From an uncultured Dehalococcoidia bacterium (GTDB taxonomy: Bacteria > Chloroflexota > Dehalococcoidia > Lucifugimonadales > GCA-002694895), in assembly GCA_964436345.1 (NCBI GenBank), contig CAYTCC010000001.1, positions 1 to 49,461 on the forward strand: a stretch of DNA of 49,461 nucleotides, given 5' to 3'. The notes under the pieces were generated by a model that was not told where the DNA came from, made no database searches, and saw only the letters and a program-made list of their open reading frames with translations. This document shows, piece by piece, positions 29,394 to 38,194 of this stretch (positions are counted from its first letter, which is position 1; each line of letters starts with the position of its first letter). The position numbers and the translations under genes were made by a program.

Positions 29394-32248
29394 ATAATCT
29401 CAGCTATAATTTCGACAGGATGTTTTGCTCGCGTATCAGTTCCATGGTTTATTTGTTCTCTACATGATACCCCAGCTGCCACAACAGCAATTTTGCCTTC
29501 TGTTCTTTTAATTCTAGGAATTAAATCTCTCTCAGCTAAAGCAATTGACATATCATATTTATCTTTAAAATAGCCAAATGATCCTGCCATGCCACAACAT
29601 CCATTTTCAACATACTCACAATTATCAAATCCAAATTTTTCAAGCAATAATTTCAAAGATGCATTTCCTAAAATTGATTGTTGATGGCAATGAGGTTGTA
29701 CTATAATTTTTTCATATTTATGTTTATTAAATTTAATCTTTTTCCAAATTTTATTTTTTGTAAAAAATTCATCAATAATATAAATATTAGATTTGATTTT
29801 TTCAGCCTTATCTTGATATTCACCTTCTAAAAGATCAATAAAATCTTCCTGAAAACCAAGAATGCAACTTGGTTCTATTCCTATTATTTCTATTCCATTT
29901 TTTACATATTCATATAAATTATCAATATTATGCTTAATATTGATTTTAGCTTTATCTATCTGACCAGAAGATAACATAGGGCGTCCACAGCATTTTGTAT
30001 CATCAGGAACAATGACATTATATCCCAGTTTATTTAATATTTTCTTGACAGCCAAACCAATCTCAGGGTTTTGATAATTTAAAAATGTGTCAGGAAATAA
30101 TAAAACAGATTTCTGATACTTATCTAAGGATGTATCACTAAAAAGAGATACTAAACTTTTTTTTGCAAATTTCGGCAATGTCCTTCTGGAATCGATATTA
30201 AAAAATATATCTAATAATTTTTTAACAATACTCAAATCTATAACATAATTAGTTAATACAGCAGTTAGAGATCCCATTTTACTGAAAAACCCAATATTAC
30301 CAATAAATTTTTGAGATAAAGGGCGTTTATTAGACTTATAATACTGGTTTAGATATTCATATTTTAACTTTCCCATATCAACATTTGATGGGCATTCAGA
30401 TTTACAAGCTTTACATTCCAAACACAAATCAAAAATTCTAAATAAATTTTTATCCTTCCAACTAGAATTAGGTAATTGCCCCGAAATTAAACCTCTAAGA
30501 GCATTTGATCTACCTCGGGTTGAAAGTTCTTCATCTCTAGTTACCATATAAGATGGACACATCACACCTGAAGTTACTTTTCTACAAGCTCCTTGCCCAT
30601 TACACATTTCTATCGCAGAGGCATATCCTTGTTCTTTAGTAAAATTAAATCCTGTATCAATATCATAAGTTTTATATTTAGGTCCTATCTTTAAATTTTG
30701 ATCAATATCTTGTGAATTAATAATCTTTCCGGGATTCATCAAATTATACGGGTCAAAAACTTCTTTTAATTCTCGGAAAGCATTGTAGATTTTATCTCCA
30801 TACATTTTTTTATTCCAAATACTTCTAACCAATCCATCACCATGTTCACCACTAATAGATCCACCGTATTTTATTACCAGATCAGTTATATCTGATGCAA
30901 TCAATTTCATTTTATTAACTTCATCTTCCACTTTAAGATTAATTAAAGGTCTTATATGTAAACATCCAACACTTGCATGTCCGTAATAACCAGCAGTTGT
31001 ATTATATGACTGTACAATCTGATCAAATTCTTTAACAAATACAGGTAAGTACTTAGGATCAACAGCTGTATCCTCTACAAAGGGGATAGCTTTGTAATCT
31101 CCTGGAGTACTCATCATTAATCCTAAACCTGCTTTTCTTATATTCCATACTTTTTGTTGTTCAGAATTTTTCAATAATAATTTTGTAGAATATCCATATT
31201 TTTGTTTATCTAAATTAATTTTTAATTTATTCAACTTATCTTCAAGTTCAGCTCCGCTATCAGCAATCATTTCAACTGCGAGGACTGAATCAGGATCTCC
31301 ATCAATAAATGTCATCATTCTTGAATACTCTAGATTGTTTTTAGCCTGTCTCAAAATCATATTACCAATATGTTCAATAGCAGATGGATTATGTTCTAAG
31401 ATTGAAACTGTTGCTTCCATTGAAGCAATCAATTCATCAAAATGAACCAAAGCTAATCCTGTAAATTTAGGTTTATCATGAACAAGTACTTTAGCTTTTG
31501 AAAATGCTACCAATGTACCTTCTGATCCCACAACAAATTTAGCCGAATTAAAATTTTCTACATTAATCAATTCATCTAAATTATAACCAGATACTCTTCT
31601 TTGTATAGAAGGATATTTTAATTTAATTTCTTCAATTATATTTTGTCTAAATTCAATTAACTTACTTGAAATTTTTTCATGGTTTGAATTTAGATTATTA
31701 TTATTCTCTTCAAAATATCTCTTTCCTTCATACCCTAATTTTAATGGATTCCCACCCACAGTATATGCATCAAGTTCTAATACATTATCTATTGTTTTTC
31801 CCCATAATAAAGAGTGAGCACCGCAAGAATTGTTTCCTATAGCACCACCTATATTCCCTCTATTACTGGTACTCGGATCAGGTCCGAAAAGTTTATTTGC
31901 AGGCTCCATATATTTATTAAGCTCATCTAAAATAATTCCAGGCTGGACTTCAACCCAATTTTCTTCAGGATTAAAATCTAAAACTTTATTCATATACATT
32001 GAAAAATCAACAATCAAACCCTCTCCCACTGTTTGTCCGCCTAAACTTGTTCCTCCTCCTCTGGGGGTAATAGAAATTTCTTTATCAAATGCATATGACA
32101 TTATTTGCTGTAGATCATCTTTTGATTTAGGAAAAGCAACACCAATTGGTATAATTTGATAAATACTAGCATCAGTTCCGTATATCATTCGTGTTTTAAG
32201 ATCTGTTCTAATATCTCCAGATATTTTAGGATTTAAATTTTTATCCAA
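29390..32248 (-). CDS. Fused FAD-binding (GlcD-like) and Fe-S/CCG-domain (GlcF-like) oxidoreductase, YdiJ-like; TTG start, position uncertain
   Basis: A PCMH-type FAD domain is present (RGGGTSLGGQ). Ferredoxin-type cluster motifs are CNGQGACRK and CLECKACKSECP. Two CCG motifs are present (KCCGRP, GCCGMAGSFG). The protein is 952 aa. Confidence 0.85.
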   Translation of the reverse strand: MDKNLNPKISGDIRTDLKTRMIYGTDASIYQIIPIGVAFPKSKDDLQQIMSYAFDKEISITPRGGGTSLGGQTVGEGLIVDFSMYMNKVLDFNPEENWVEVQPGIILDELNKYMEPANKLFGPDPSTSNRGNIGGAIGNNSCGAHSLLWGKTIDNVLELDAYTVGGNPLKLGYEGKRYFEENNNNLNSNHEKISSKLIEFRQNIIEEIKLKYPSIQRRVSGYNLDELINVENFNSAKFVVGSEGTLVAFSKAKVLVHDKPKFTGLALVHFDELIASMEATVSILEHNPSAIEHIGNMILRQAKNNLEYSRMMTFIDGDPDSVLAVEMIADSGAELEDKLNKLKINLDKQKYGYSTKLLLKNSEQQKVWNIRKAGLGLMMSTPGDYKAIPFVEDTAVDPKYLPVFVKEFDQIVQSYNTTAGYYGHASVGCLHIRPLINLKVEDEVNKMKLIASDITDLVIKYGGSISGEHGDGLVRSIWNKKMYGDKIYNAFRELKEVFDPYNLMNPGKIINSQDIDQNLKIGPKYKTYDIDTGFNFTKEQGYASAIEMCNGQGACRKVTSGVMCPSYMVTRDEELSTRGRSNALRGLISGQLPNSSWKDKNLFRIFDLCLECKACKSECPSNVDMGKLKYEYLNQYYKSNKRPLSQKFIGNIGFFSKMGSLTAVLTNYVIDLSIVKKLLDIFFNIDSRRTLPKFAKKSLVSLFSDTSLDKYQKSVLLFPDTFLNYQNPEIGLAVKKILNKLGYNVIVPDDTKCCGRPMLSSGQIDKAKINIKHNIDNLYEYVKNGIEIIGIEPSCILGFQEDFIDLLEGEYQDKAEKIKSNIYIIDEFFTKNKIWKKIKFNKHKYEKIIVQPHCHQQSILGNASLKLLLEKFGFDNCEYVENGCCGMAGSFGYFKDKYDMSIALAERDLIPRIKRTEGKIAVVAAGVSCREQINHGTDTRAKHPVEIIAEII

Positions 32249-32282
32249 ATCATTAATGAGGGTATTATCTGTTGAAATAATA

Positions 32283-32924
32283 TTAATATTTAACTCCTTG
32301 AACTGAAAGAATAAAACTCTCTATTTTATCTTTATCTTTAATCCCGTTGAATTCTACTCCCGAAGACACATCTACTCCCCATGGGGTTAAGTCTTCAGTA
32401 ATCTCCTGAATATTTTCCGTATTCAATCCTCCAGCTAATAAAACATTGTATTTTTGTATTATTTTTTTTGCATTAGATAAATTGATTAATTTACCAGATC
32501 CACCATAATGGCCTTTCATATAACTATCTATTGAGATCAATCCTCCTATAGATTGAATCTTTTCAATGCAATCAAATACATTTGTTAATTTTATATTTTC
32601 GGAAATTTTAATTTGCTTAATAAAAGGTAAATCTAAATCACATAAATATTCAAAACTTTCATCACCGCATAATTGAACATAATCTAAGGAAAATTTATCG
32701 AAAGTATTCTTAACATAATCCAAAGGTTGATCAGCAAACAAGCCTACAAGTTTAGGTTTGTTTTTTATTTCACTCAGAGATTTTACTATATCTTTAGCCT
32801 GATCAAATGTAATTTTTCTTTTCACATTTTCAACAAAAATCATTCCCAAATAATCTACTCCTAAAGAAGCTGCAAAAATAGCATCGGTTTTATTTTTTAG
32901 CCCACAAATTTTTATTTTAGTCAT
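32283..32924 (-). CDS. trpF: Phosphoribosylanthranilate isomerase
   Basis: The N-terminus MTKIKICGLK is TrpF-like and the protein is 213 aa. An 8-nt overlap links it to trpC. Confidence 0.9.
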   Translation of the reverse strand: MTKIKICGLKNKTDAIFAASLGVDYLGMIFVENVKRKITFDQAKDIVKSLSEIKNKPKLVGLFADQPLDYVKNTFDKFSLDYVQLCGDESFEYLCDLDLPFIKQIKISENIKLTNVFDCIEKIQSIGGLISIDSYMKGHYGGSGKLINLSNAKKIIQKYNVLLAGGLNTENIQEITEDLTPWGVDVSSGVEFNGIKDKDKIESFILSVQGVKY

Positions 32925-33702
32925 TTGTTAATTCTATAATTTTTTTATAAGGATCATCAGAGGTTATGATAGCCTCTCCTATTAAAACAGCGTTACATCC
33001 TACATTGCCTAAAACTGAAATATCATTCTTATTAAAAATTCCGCTTTCACTCACTTTTAATACATGATCAGGAATATTTTTTATTAAATTCAAAGTTGTA
33101 TTAATATCAACAGAAAAATCATTTAAATTTCTATTATTAATTCCAATTATTCTTGCAGGGGTTGTCAAAGCCTTTTCAAGTTCGTTTAAATTATGAACTT
33201 CAACTAGGCACTCTAAATCAATTTTTTTTGCTAATAACACAAAATCATTCAATTGCTTCTGAGATAAAATACTAGCTATTAATAGGATAGCGTCAGCTCC
33301 ATAAAATTTTGACTCATATATTTGATATTTATCAATTATAAAATCTTTTCTCAATACAGGGGTGGAATTATATTCATTTAATTTTTTAAAATTAATTATG
33401 TTATCTAAAGATCCTTTGAAAAAATTTTTTTCAGTAACTACAGATACAGCGTTAACATTTGCATCCAAATAGGTTTTAGCTAAATTATTAAAGTTTTTAC
33501 CTTTCATTAATTTCCCTTTGCTTGGTGATGTGTCTTTTAATTCTGCTATCAAACTCACAAAATCATTATTTAATACATCATAAAAGTTGGGAAAATCACT
33601 GTTATAATTTATATTTTTTTCCAATGACTCAATAGGTAATAATTTTTTTTTATCTATTAAATCAATTTGAATTTCATTAACTATTTTTTCAAGTATATTC
33701 AT
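32917..33702 (-). CDS. trpC: Indole-3-glycerol phosphate synthase
   Basis: A TrpC-like pattern is present (IAELKDTSPSKG, LRKDFIID). The protein is 261 aa and abuts trpD. Confidence 0.9.
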   Translation of the reverse strand: MNILEKIVNEIQIDLIDKKKLLPIESLEKNINYNSDFPNFYDVLNNDFVSLIAELKDTSPSKGKLMKGKNFNNLAKTYLDANVNAVSVVTEKNFFKGSLDNIINFKKLNEYNSTPVLRKDFIIDKYQIYESKFYGADAILLIASILSQKQLNDFVLLAKKIDLECLVEVHNLNELEKALTTPARIIGINNRNLNDFSVDINTTLNLIKNIPDHVLKVSESGIFNKNDISVLGNVGCNAVLIGEAIITSDDPYKKIIELTND

Positions 33703-34761
33703 TTAAAAATTTTTAGAAAGATTATTTATTAATTTTGAGGCATTTCCATTTTCAATATTTTTTTTAGCTATTAGAATTCCTGATTTTATATCTTTTGATT
33801 GCCCAGAAATATATAACCCCAATCCGGCATTAAGAATTACACAATCTAATAATTCATAATTTTCTCCTTCAAATAATTCAGTGATTTTCATGGCACTTTG
33901 TTGTGGGGAATTCACAATTAATTTTTCTATTGGGATTTTTTTAAGTCCAAACTGGTCTGGGTTTATTTTATATTCTTTTAATGAAGCTGTTGATGCTGCC
34001 AAACTTGTTAAATTATCTGGTACTTTATTTAATGAAGAGCCTGGCCTGATTTCCCATACATATGTATCACCTGAAATACTTACTTCATCTAATCCTTCCA
34101 TACCATGAACTACTAATGCGGTTTTATTTAATATTCTAAGAGCATTTGAAATTTTATTTCCAGTATCAATGTCAGACACTCCGATCATCAAATATTTACA
34201 ATTTGCAGGATTTGTAAGTGGGCCAAGATTATTGAAAATGGTTTTGAAACCTAATTCTTTTCTTGTTGGCATAGCGTATTTCATAGAAGGATGATATTTT
34301 TGAGCAAACATAAAAGTAAAATTATGATCATCTAACATTTTAATAGATTTATTAATATCAACATCTATATTTATATTTAAAGCTTCTAATACATCTGCAC
34401 TACCACTATTTCCAGAAGCTGCTCTATTCCCATGCTTAGCTATTTTAACTCCTGATGAAGCAGCAACTAAAGCAGCAGTAGTAGAAACATTAAATGTTGA
34501 TTGATTATCTCCTCCCGTTCCAACTATATCTAAGCAATCATATTTAGTTTCCAATCTTAAAGCATTCTCTTGCATAGATTTTGCCATTCCTGCTATTTCA
34601 TCTTCAGATTCTCCTTTCAGTGATAATGTGGTAAGTATTGAAGAAAGCTTAATTTCAGATATATTGCCTGACATGATTTGATTCATAAGATCATAAGATT
34701 CTTCAAATGAAAGATTATTTTTATTTAATAATTTATTAGTTATGTAATTAATATTTTTCAT
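33703..34761 (-). CDS. trpD: Anthranilate phosphoribosyltransferase
   Basis: DIVGTGGD, KHGNRAASGNSGSADVLEALN and the TrpD fold pattern are present. The protein is 352 aa. Confidence 0.95.
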   Translation of the reverse strand: MKNINYITNKLLNKNNLSFEESYDLMNQIMSGNISEIKLSSILTTLSLKGESEDEIAGMAKSMQENALRLETKYDCLDIVGTGGDNQSTFNVSTTAALVAASSGVKIAKHGNRAASGNSGSADVLEALNINIDVDINKSIKMLDDHNFTFMFAQKYHPSMKYAMPTRKELGFKTIFNNLGPLTNPANCKYLMIGVSDIDTGNKISNALRILNKTALVVHGMEGLDEVSISGDTYVWEIRPGSSLNKVPDNLTSLAASTASLKEYKINPDQFGLKKIPIEKLIVNSPQQSAMKITELFEGENYELLDCVILNAGLGLYISGQSKDIKSGILIAKKNIENGNASKLINNLSKNF

Positions 34762-34762
34762 T

Positions 34763-35326
34763 TTACATATTTAAAAAATTTAATAAAATTTTTTCTCCAA
34801 AATCAGTACCTATTGATTCTGGATGAAATTGTATCCCATACATGGGAAATATTTTATGTGAAATCCCCATCACCAAACCATCTTCAGTCCACGCAATTTT
34901 TTCAAAATCTTTATTTAATGATTTTTCATTAATTATCAAAGAATGATAACGCATAGCATTAAAAGGATTTGAAACACCATTGAAAAGTTCATTATTATTA
35001 TGTTCAATCAATGAAGTTTTACCATGAAAAATTGCTGGTGCTTTTTCAATAATTGAATCATAAGTATGGCCTATAACCTGATGGCCTAAACAAACACCTA
35101 ATATTGGAATATTGGGACCAAAGTGTTCAACAACTTGCTTGCATATACCAGAATTTTTCGGGTGAGATGGCCCAGGAGAAATAATTATTTTATCTGGATT
35201 AAGTTCATTTATTTTTTGAATATTAATTTCGTCGTTTCTGTATACCAAAGTATCAGAAACATTTTCAGCTATTATCTGATAAATATTATATGTGAAACTA
35301 TCATAATTATCTAAAAGTAAAATCAT
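34763..35326 (-). CDS. trpG: Anthranilate synthase component II (glutamine amidotransferase)
   Basis: The class-I GATase active site is GVCLGHQ. The C-terminal motif is GIQFHPES. The protein is 187 aa. Confidence 0.9.
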   Translation of the reverse strand: MILLLDNYDSFTYNIYQIIAENVSDTLVYRNDEINIQKINELNPDKIIISPGPSHPKNSGICKQVVEHFGPNIPILGVCLGHQVIGHTYDSIIEKAPAIFHGKTSLIEHNNNELFNGVSNPFNAMRYHSLIINEKSLNKDFEKIAWTEDGLVMGISHKIFPMYGIQFHPESIGTDFGEKILLNFLNM

Positions 35327-36762
35327 TATATATATCTAAACTCCTGTTCTTCCGCTGTTTCAATTGCTTTTAACACAGCTTGTGCTTTATATAAATGTTC
35401 TTCGAATTCTAATTCTGGAATACTATCAAATACAATTCCACCGCCGGATTGAACTGAAGCGATTCCATCTTTAATTAATAATGTCCGTAAAGTTATACAA
35501 ACTTCAATATTTCCAAAAAAATCAAATAATCCCAATGCTCCAGCGTAAGGACCTCTTGTATCTTTTTCTAATTCAGAAATAATTTCCATTGCCCTTATTT
35601 TCGGTGCTCCAGATACTGTTCCTGCAGGAAAACATGCTTTAAACACATCCAATGAAGAAATATCAGGATTTTTCTTGCCAGTAACTTTTGAAACAAGGTG
35701 CATAACATGAGAAAATTTTTTTACATCCATATACTCAGTAACTTCAACAGATCCTGGGACACTCACTCTGCCAACATCATTACGAGAAAGATCAACCAAC
35801 ATCACATGTTCAGCATTTTCCTTAGGATCAGAAAGTAATTCTGCCATAATCAATGCATCTTCTTCTTCATTTATACCTCTAGGTCTAGTCCCTGCTATAG
35901 GTACAGAATTAATGGTATCATTCTCCACTTGGACCAGTAATTCAGGGGAGGCACCTACAACAAAATGATCCTCAAGATCCATATAATACATAAAAGGAGA
36001 AGGGTTTATAGACCTTAAGGCTCTATAAATCATAAATGGATGAGCAGTAGTTTTCTTAGAAATACGTCTAGAATATACTGCTTGAATAATTTCTCCTTCT
36101 TCAATGTACTCTTTTATTTTTTTAACATTTTCAATAAAATTTTCTTTTGAAATATTTTCTGACGAATTTATATTAACATTGTTATTTTCTTCTCTATAAA
36201 CTTCTGACTTTTTATTTTGGAATCTATTTTGTATTTCATCAATCTTTTTATACGTATTTTCATAAATATCTCGACTAGATCCCTTAGAACAATCAGCATA
36301 TGAAACAATAAATAATCTATGTTTCAAATGATCATACACCAGAAAATCTGTAACAAATAAAAAACATGATTCCGGTAAATCCAAACCTTTCTCTGTTGGC
36401 AAATTAATTTCATCAAAATATTTGACTGAATCATAAGAAATATAACCAACCAACCCTCCGAAAAATCTTTCCAACCACTCTGGTTTAATAATGTTTATAT
36501 CTATTAATTCTGAAATGATTTTTAATGGGTCTTCATCTTTTGATAAATATTTATCATAACCTCCCAATCCAATAAAACTATAACGCGCTATGGATTCTCC
36601 TCCTTCTACGCTTTCTAATAAAAAAGAGTTTTTACCTTTCGAAACTTTTAAAAAAATTGAAACAGGAGTTTCAAGATCCACATATAGTTCTCTTCCTAAG
36701 GCAATATAACTTTTGCCATCATACATTGCATCAAACTGTTGAAAATCAACTATATTTTTCAT
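35326..36762 (-). CDS. trpE: Anthranilate synthase component I
   Basis: Chorismate-binding family motifs are present (SPELLV, PAGTVSGAPKIRAMEII, GPYAGA). The protein is 478 aa. Confidence 0.95.
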   Translation of the reverse strand: MKNIVDFQQFDAMYDGKSYIALGRELYVDLETPVSIFLKVSKGKNSFLLESVEGGESIARYSFIGLGGYDKYLSKDEDPLKIISELIDINIIKPEWLERFFGGLVGYISYDSVKYFDEINLPTEKGLDLPESCFLFVTDFLVYDHLKHRLFIVSYADCSKGSSRDIYENTYKKIDEIQNRFQNKKSEVYREENNNVNINSSENISKENFIENVKKIKEYIEEGEIIQAVYSRRISKKTTAHPFMIYRALRSINPSPFMYYMDLEDHFVVGASPELLVQVENDTINSVPIAGTRPRGINEEEDALIMAELLSDPKENAEHVMLVDLSRNDVGRVSVPGSVEVTEYMDVKKFSHVMHLVSKVTGKKNPDISSLDVFKACFPAGTVSGAPKIRAMEIISELEKDTRGPYAGALGLFDFFGNIEVCITLRTLLIKDGIASVQSGGGIVFDSIPELEFEEHLYKAQAVLKAIETAEEQEFRYI

Positions 36763-37761
36763 TTATATAAAGCCCATTTTATTTTTCATTTCTACAACTT
36801 TTGGTTCTGAAATAGAGCGTGCATTTTCAGCACCGATTGCTAATAAGCGATCTAATTCTGAAGGGTCACTCATAAATTCCTGATATCTAGTCCTGATTGG
36901 AGATACAGTATCTACTACAATTTCTCCCACTTTTTCTTTTAGTACCCCATACCCTTTTGCTCCTTCAAAATCTTTTTCCACATCTTTAATGGATTTACCA
37001 GTTATTACTTTATATATCCCAAGTAAATTATTTACTCCTGCTTTATCTTTATCTTCAGAAAATTGAATTTCATTGCCTGAATCTGTTACTGCTCTTTTAA
37101 TTGTTTTCAGAATTTCAGAATCACTATCTAATAATCCAACTACTCCACCATCATTTTCCTGAAAACTTTTAGACATTTTTGATAAAGGATTATTTAAATT
37201 CATTACTCGAGCACCTATCTCAGGAACTACAGGTTCAGGTAAAACAAAAGTTTCTCCAAACAAATTATTAAATCTTTGTGCTATGTCTCTAGATAATTCA
37301 ACATGTTGTTTTTGATCTTCACCAATAGGGACTTCATTTGCATCATATAAAATAATATCCCCTGCCTGTAACACAGGATAATCAAGTAATGCAGCAGAAA
37401 TACTATTTAATTTGTCTTTTTTATCCTTATACTGAGTCATTCTCTCTAACCAGCCTAAAGGGGTTACACAATTTAAAAGCCAGCAAGCTTCTGCATGCGC
37501 TCTTACTTGGCTTTGAATAAAAATAGTAGATATATTTGGATCAAGTCCACAGGCAAAAAGCATAGCAGCTAAGCTTCTAGTATTATCTCTCAATTCTTGA
37601 GAATCTCGTAAAATTGTATGAGCGTGTAAATCAACAATACAATAAAAATTTTGCTTACCTTTACCCTGATTCTCAACCCATTGTCTAACAGCTCCCAAAT
37701 AATTACCTAAATGCATGTCACCAGATGGTTGTATGCCACTAAATACTCTTATTTCACTCAT
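36763..37761 (-). CDS. trpS: Tryptophan--tRNA ligase
   Basis: The class-I HIGH-type motif is GIQPSGDMHLGNYLG, and KMSKS is present. The protein is 332 aa. AGGAA lies 7 nt upstream of the ATG. Confidence 0.95.
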   Translation of the reverse strand: MSEIRVFSGIQPSGDMHLGNYLGAVRQWVENQGKGKQNFYCIVDLHAHTILRDSQELRDNTRSLAAMLFACGLDPNISTIFIQSQVRAHAEACWLLNCVTPLGWLERMTQYKDKKDKLNSISAALLDYPVLQAGDIILYDANEVPIGEDQKQHVELSRDIAQRFNNLFGETFVLPEPVVPEIGARVMNLNNPLSKMSKSFQENDGGVVGLLDSDSEILKTIKRAVTDSGNEIQFSEDKDKAGVNNLLGIYKVITGKSIKDVEKDFEGAKGYGVLKEKVGEIVVDTVSPIRTRYQEFMSDPSELDRLLAIGAENARSISEPKVVEMKNKMGFI

Positions 37762-37782
37762 TATTATTCCTAAACTTTAAAT

Positions 37783-37810
37783 AAAAAAAACCGTCCACAA
37801 AGGGACGGTT
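37783..37810 (-). terminator. Intrinsic terminator hairpin of the T-box leader
   Basis: The minus strand reads AACCGTCC-CTTTGT-GGACGGTT followed by T8. It lies 21 nt before the trpS ATG, directly 3' of the T-box sequence. Confidence 0.8.
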
Positions 37811-38004
37811 ATACCGCGGTGCCACCCTTATTACTACTATAAAAATAATAGTCACTTAAACAGCTAATAAAAATAATTGTTTCAGCTCACAGGTCCATTC
37901 TATATAATCACTCTCATTTGGATCACAGCTAGTTTACACTATCCAAAATTCTCTCTTTAGAGTTTAAATATATATACTATTCTGATCATAGCCTTTAATA
38001 TTTT
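37783..38004 (-). promoter_or_regulatory. T-box riboswitch leader, predicted tRNA-Trp specific
   Basis: The minus strand carries the conserved T-box sequence AAUAAGGGUGGCACCGCGG (about 37813-37832). An AGAGAGA (AG-bulge-like) element and AGUA...GAA S-turn-like elements are present. A GAA-UGG-A specifier context has its UGG at 37897-37895. A terminator follows. Leader length from the predicted promoter is about 240 nt. Confidence 0.85.
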
Positions 38005-38010
38005 ATCAAA

Positions 38011-38039
38011 AGTATAGTAGCCACAATCCCTTCTGTCAA
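38011..38039 (-). promoter_or_regulatory. Sigma-70-type promoter for the T-box/trpS-trp operon
   Basis: The minus strand has TTGACA (38039-38034), a 17-nt spacer and TATACT (38016-38011). This is a near-consensus -35/-10 pair. Confidence 0.6.
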
Positions 38040-38194
38040 TTATCATTAAGTACATCAAATTAAATCATCTGTTTATTATCTACGTATGCACATTATGGAT
38101 ACAAATCAAAATATATCTCCTAAAATGAGTAATAACATTGCCACTATTAATTTTTTAGAAAACAGAATAATCAATCAAATTCAAAGGTAATTAA

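Noticed and set aside
37943-37945. The first UGG in the T-box leader (AUUUUGGAUAG) as the specifier codon.
   Set aside because: AUUUUGGAU pairs with the downstream AUCCAAAU to form the distal Stem-I hairpin, so this UGG is helical. The second UGG (37897-37895) sits in the canonical GAA-NNN-A specifier context on the 3' side of Stem I.
38095-38190. A 31-codon upstream ORF (MDTNQNISPKMSNNIATINFLENRIINQIQR) ending 4 nt before the CoA-transferase ATG.
   Set aside because: It is short enough to be open by chance and has no Shine-Dalgarno sequence in front of its ATG. The region is more simply the promoter and 5'-UTR of the CoA-transferase. It is not excluded, but it is unsupported.
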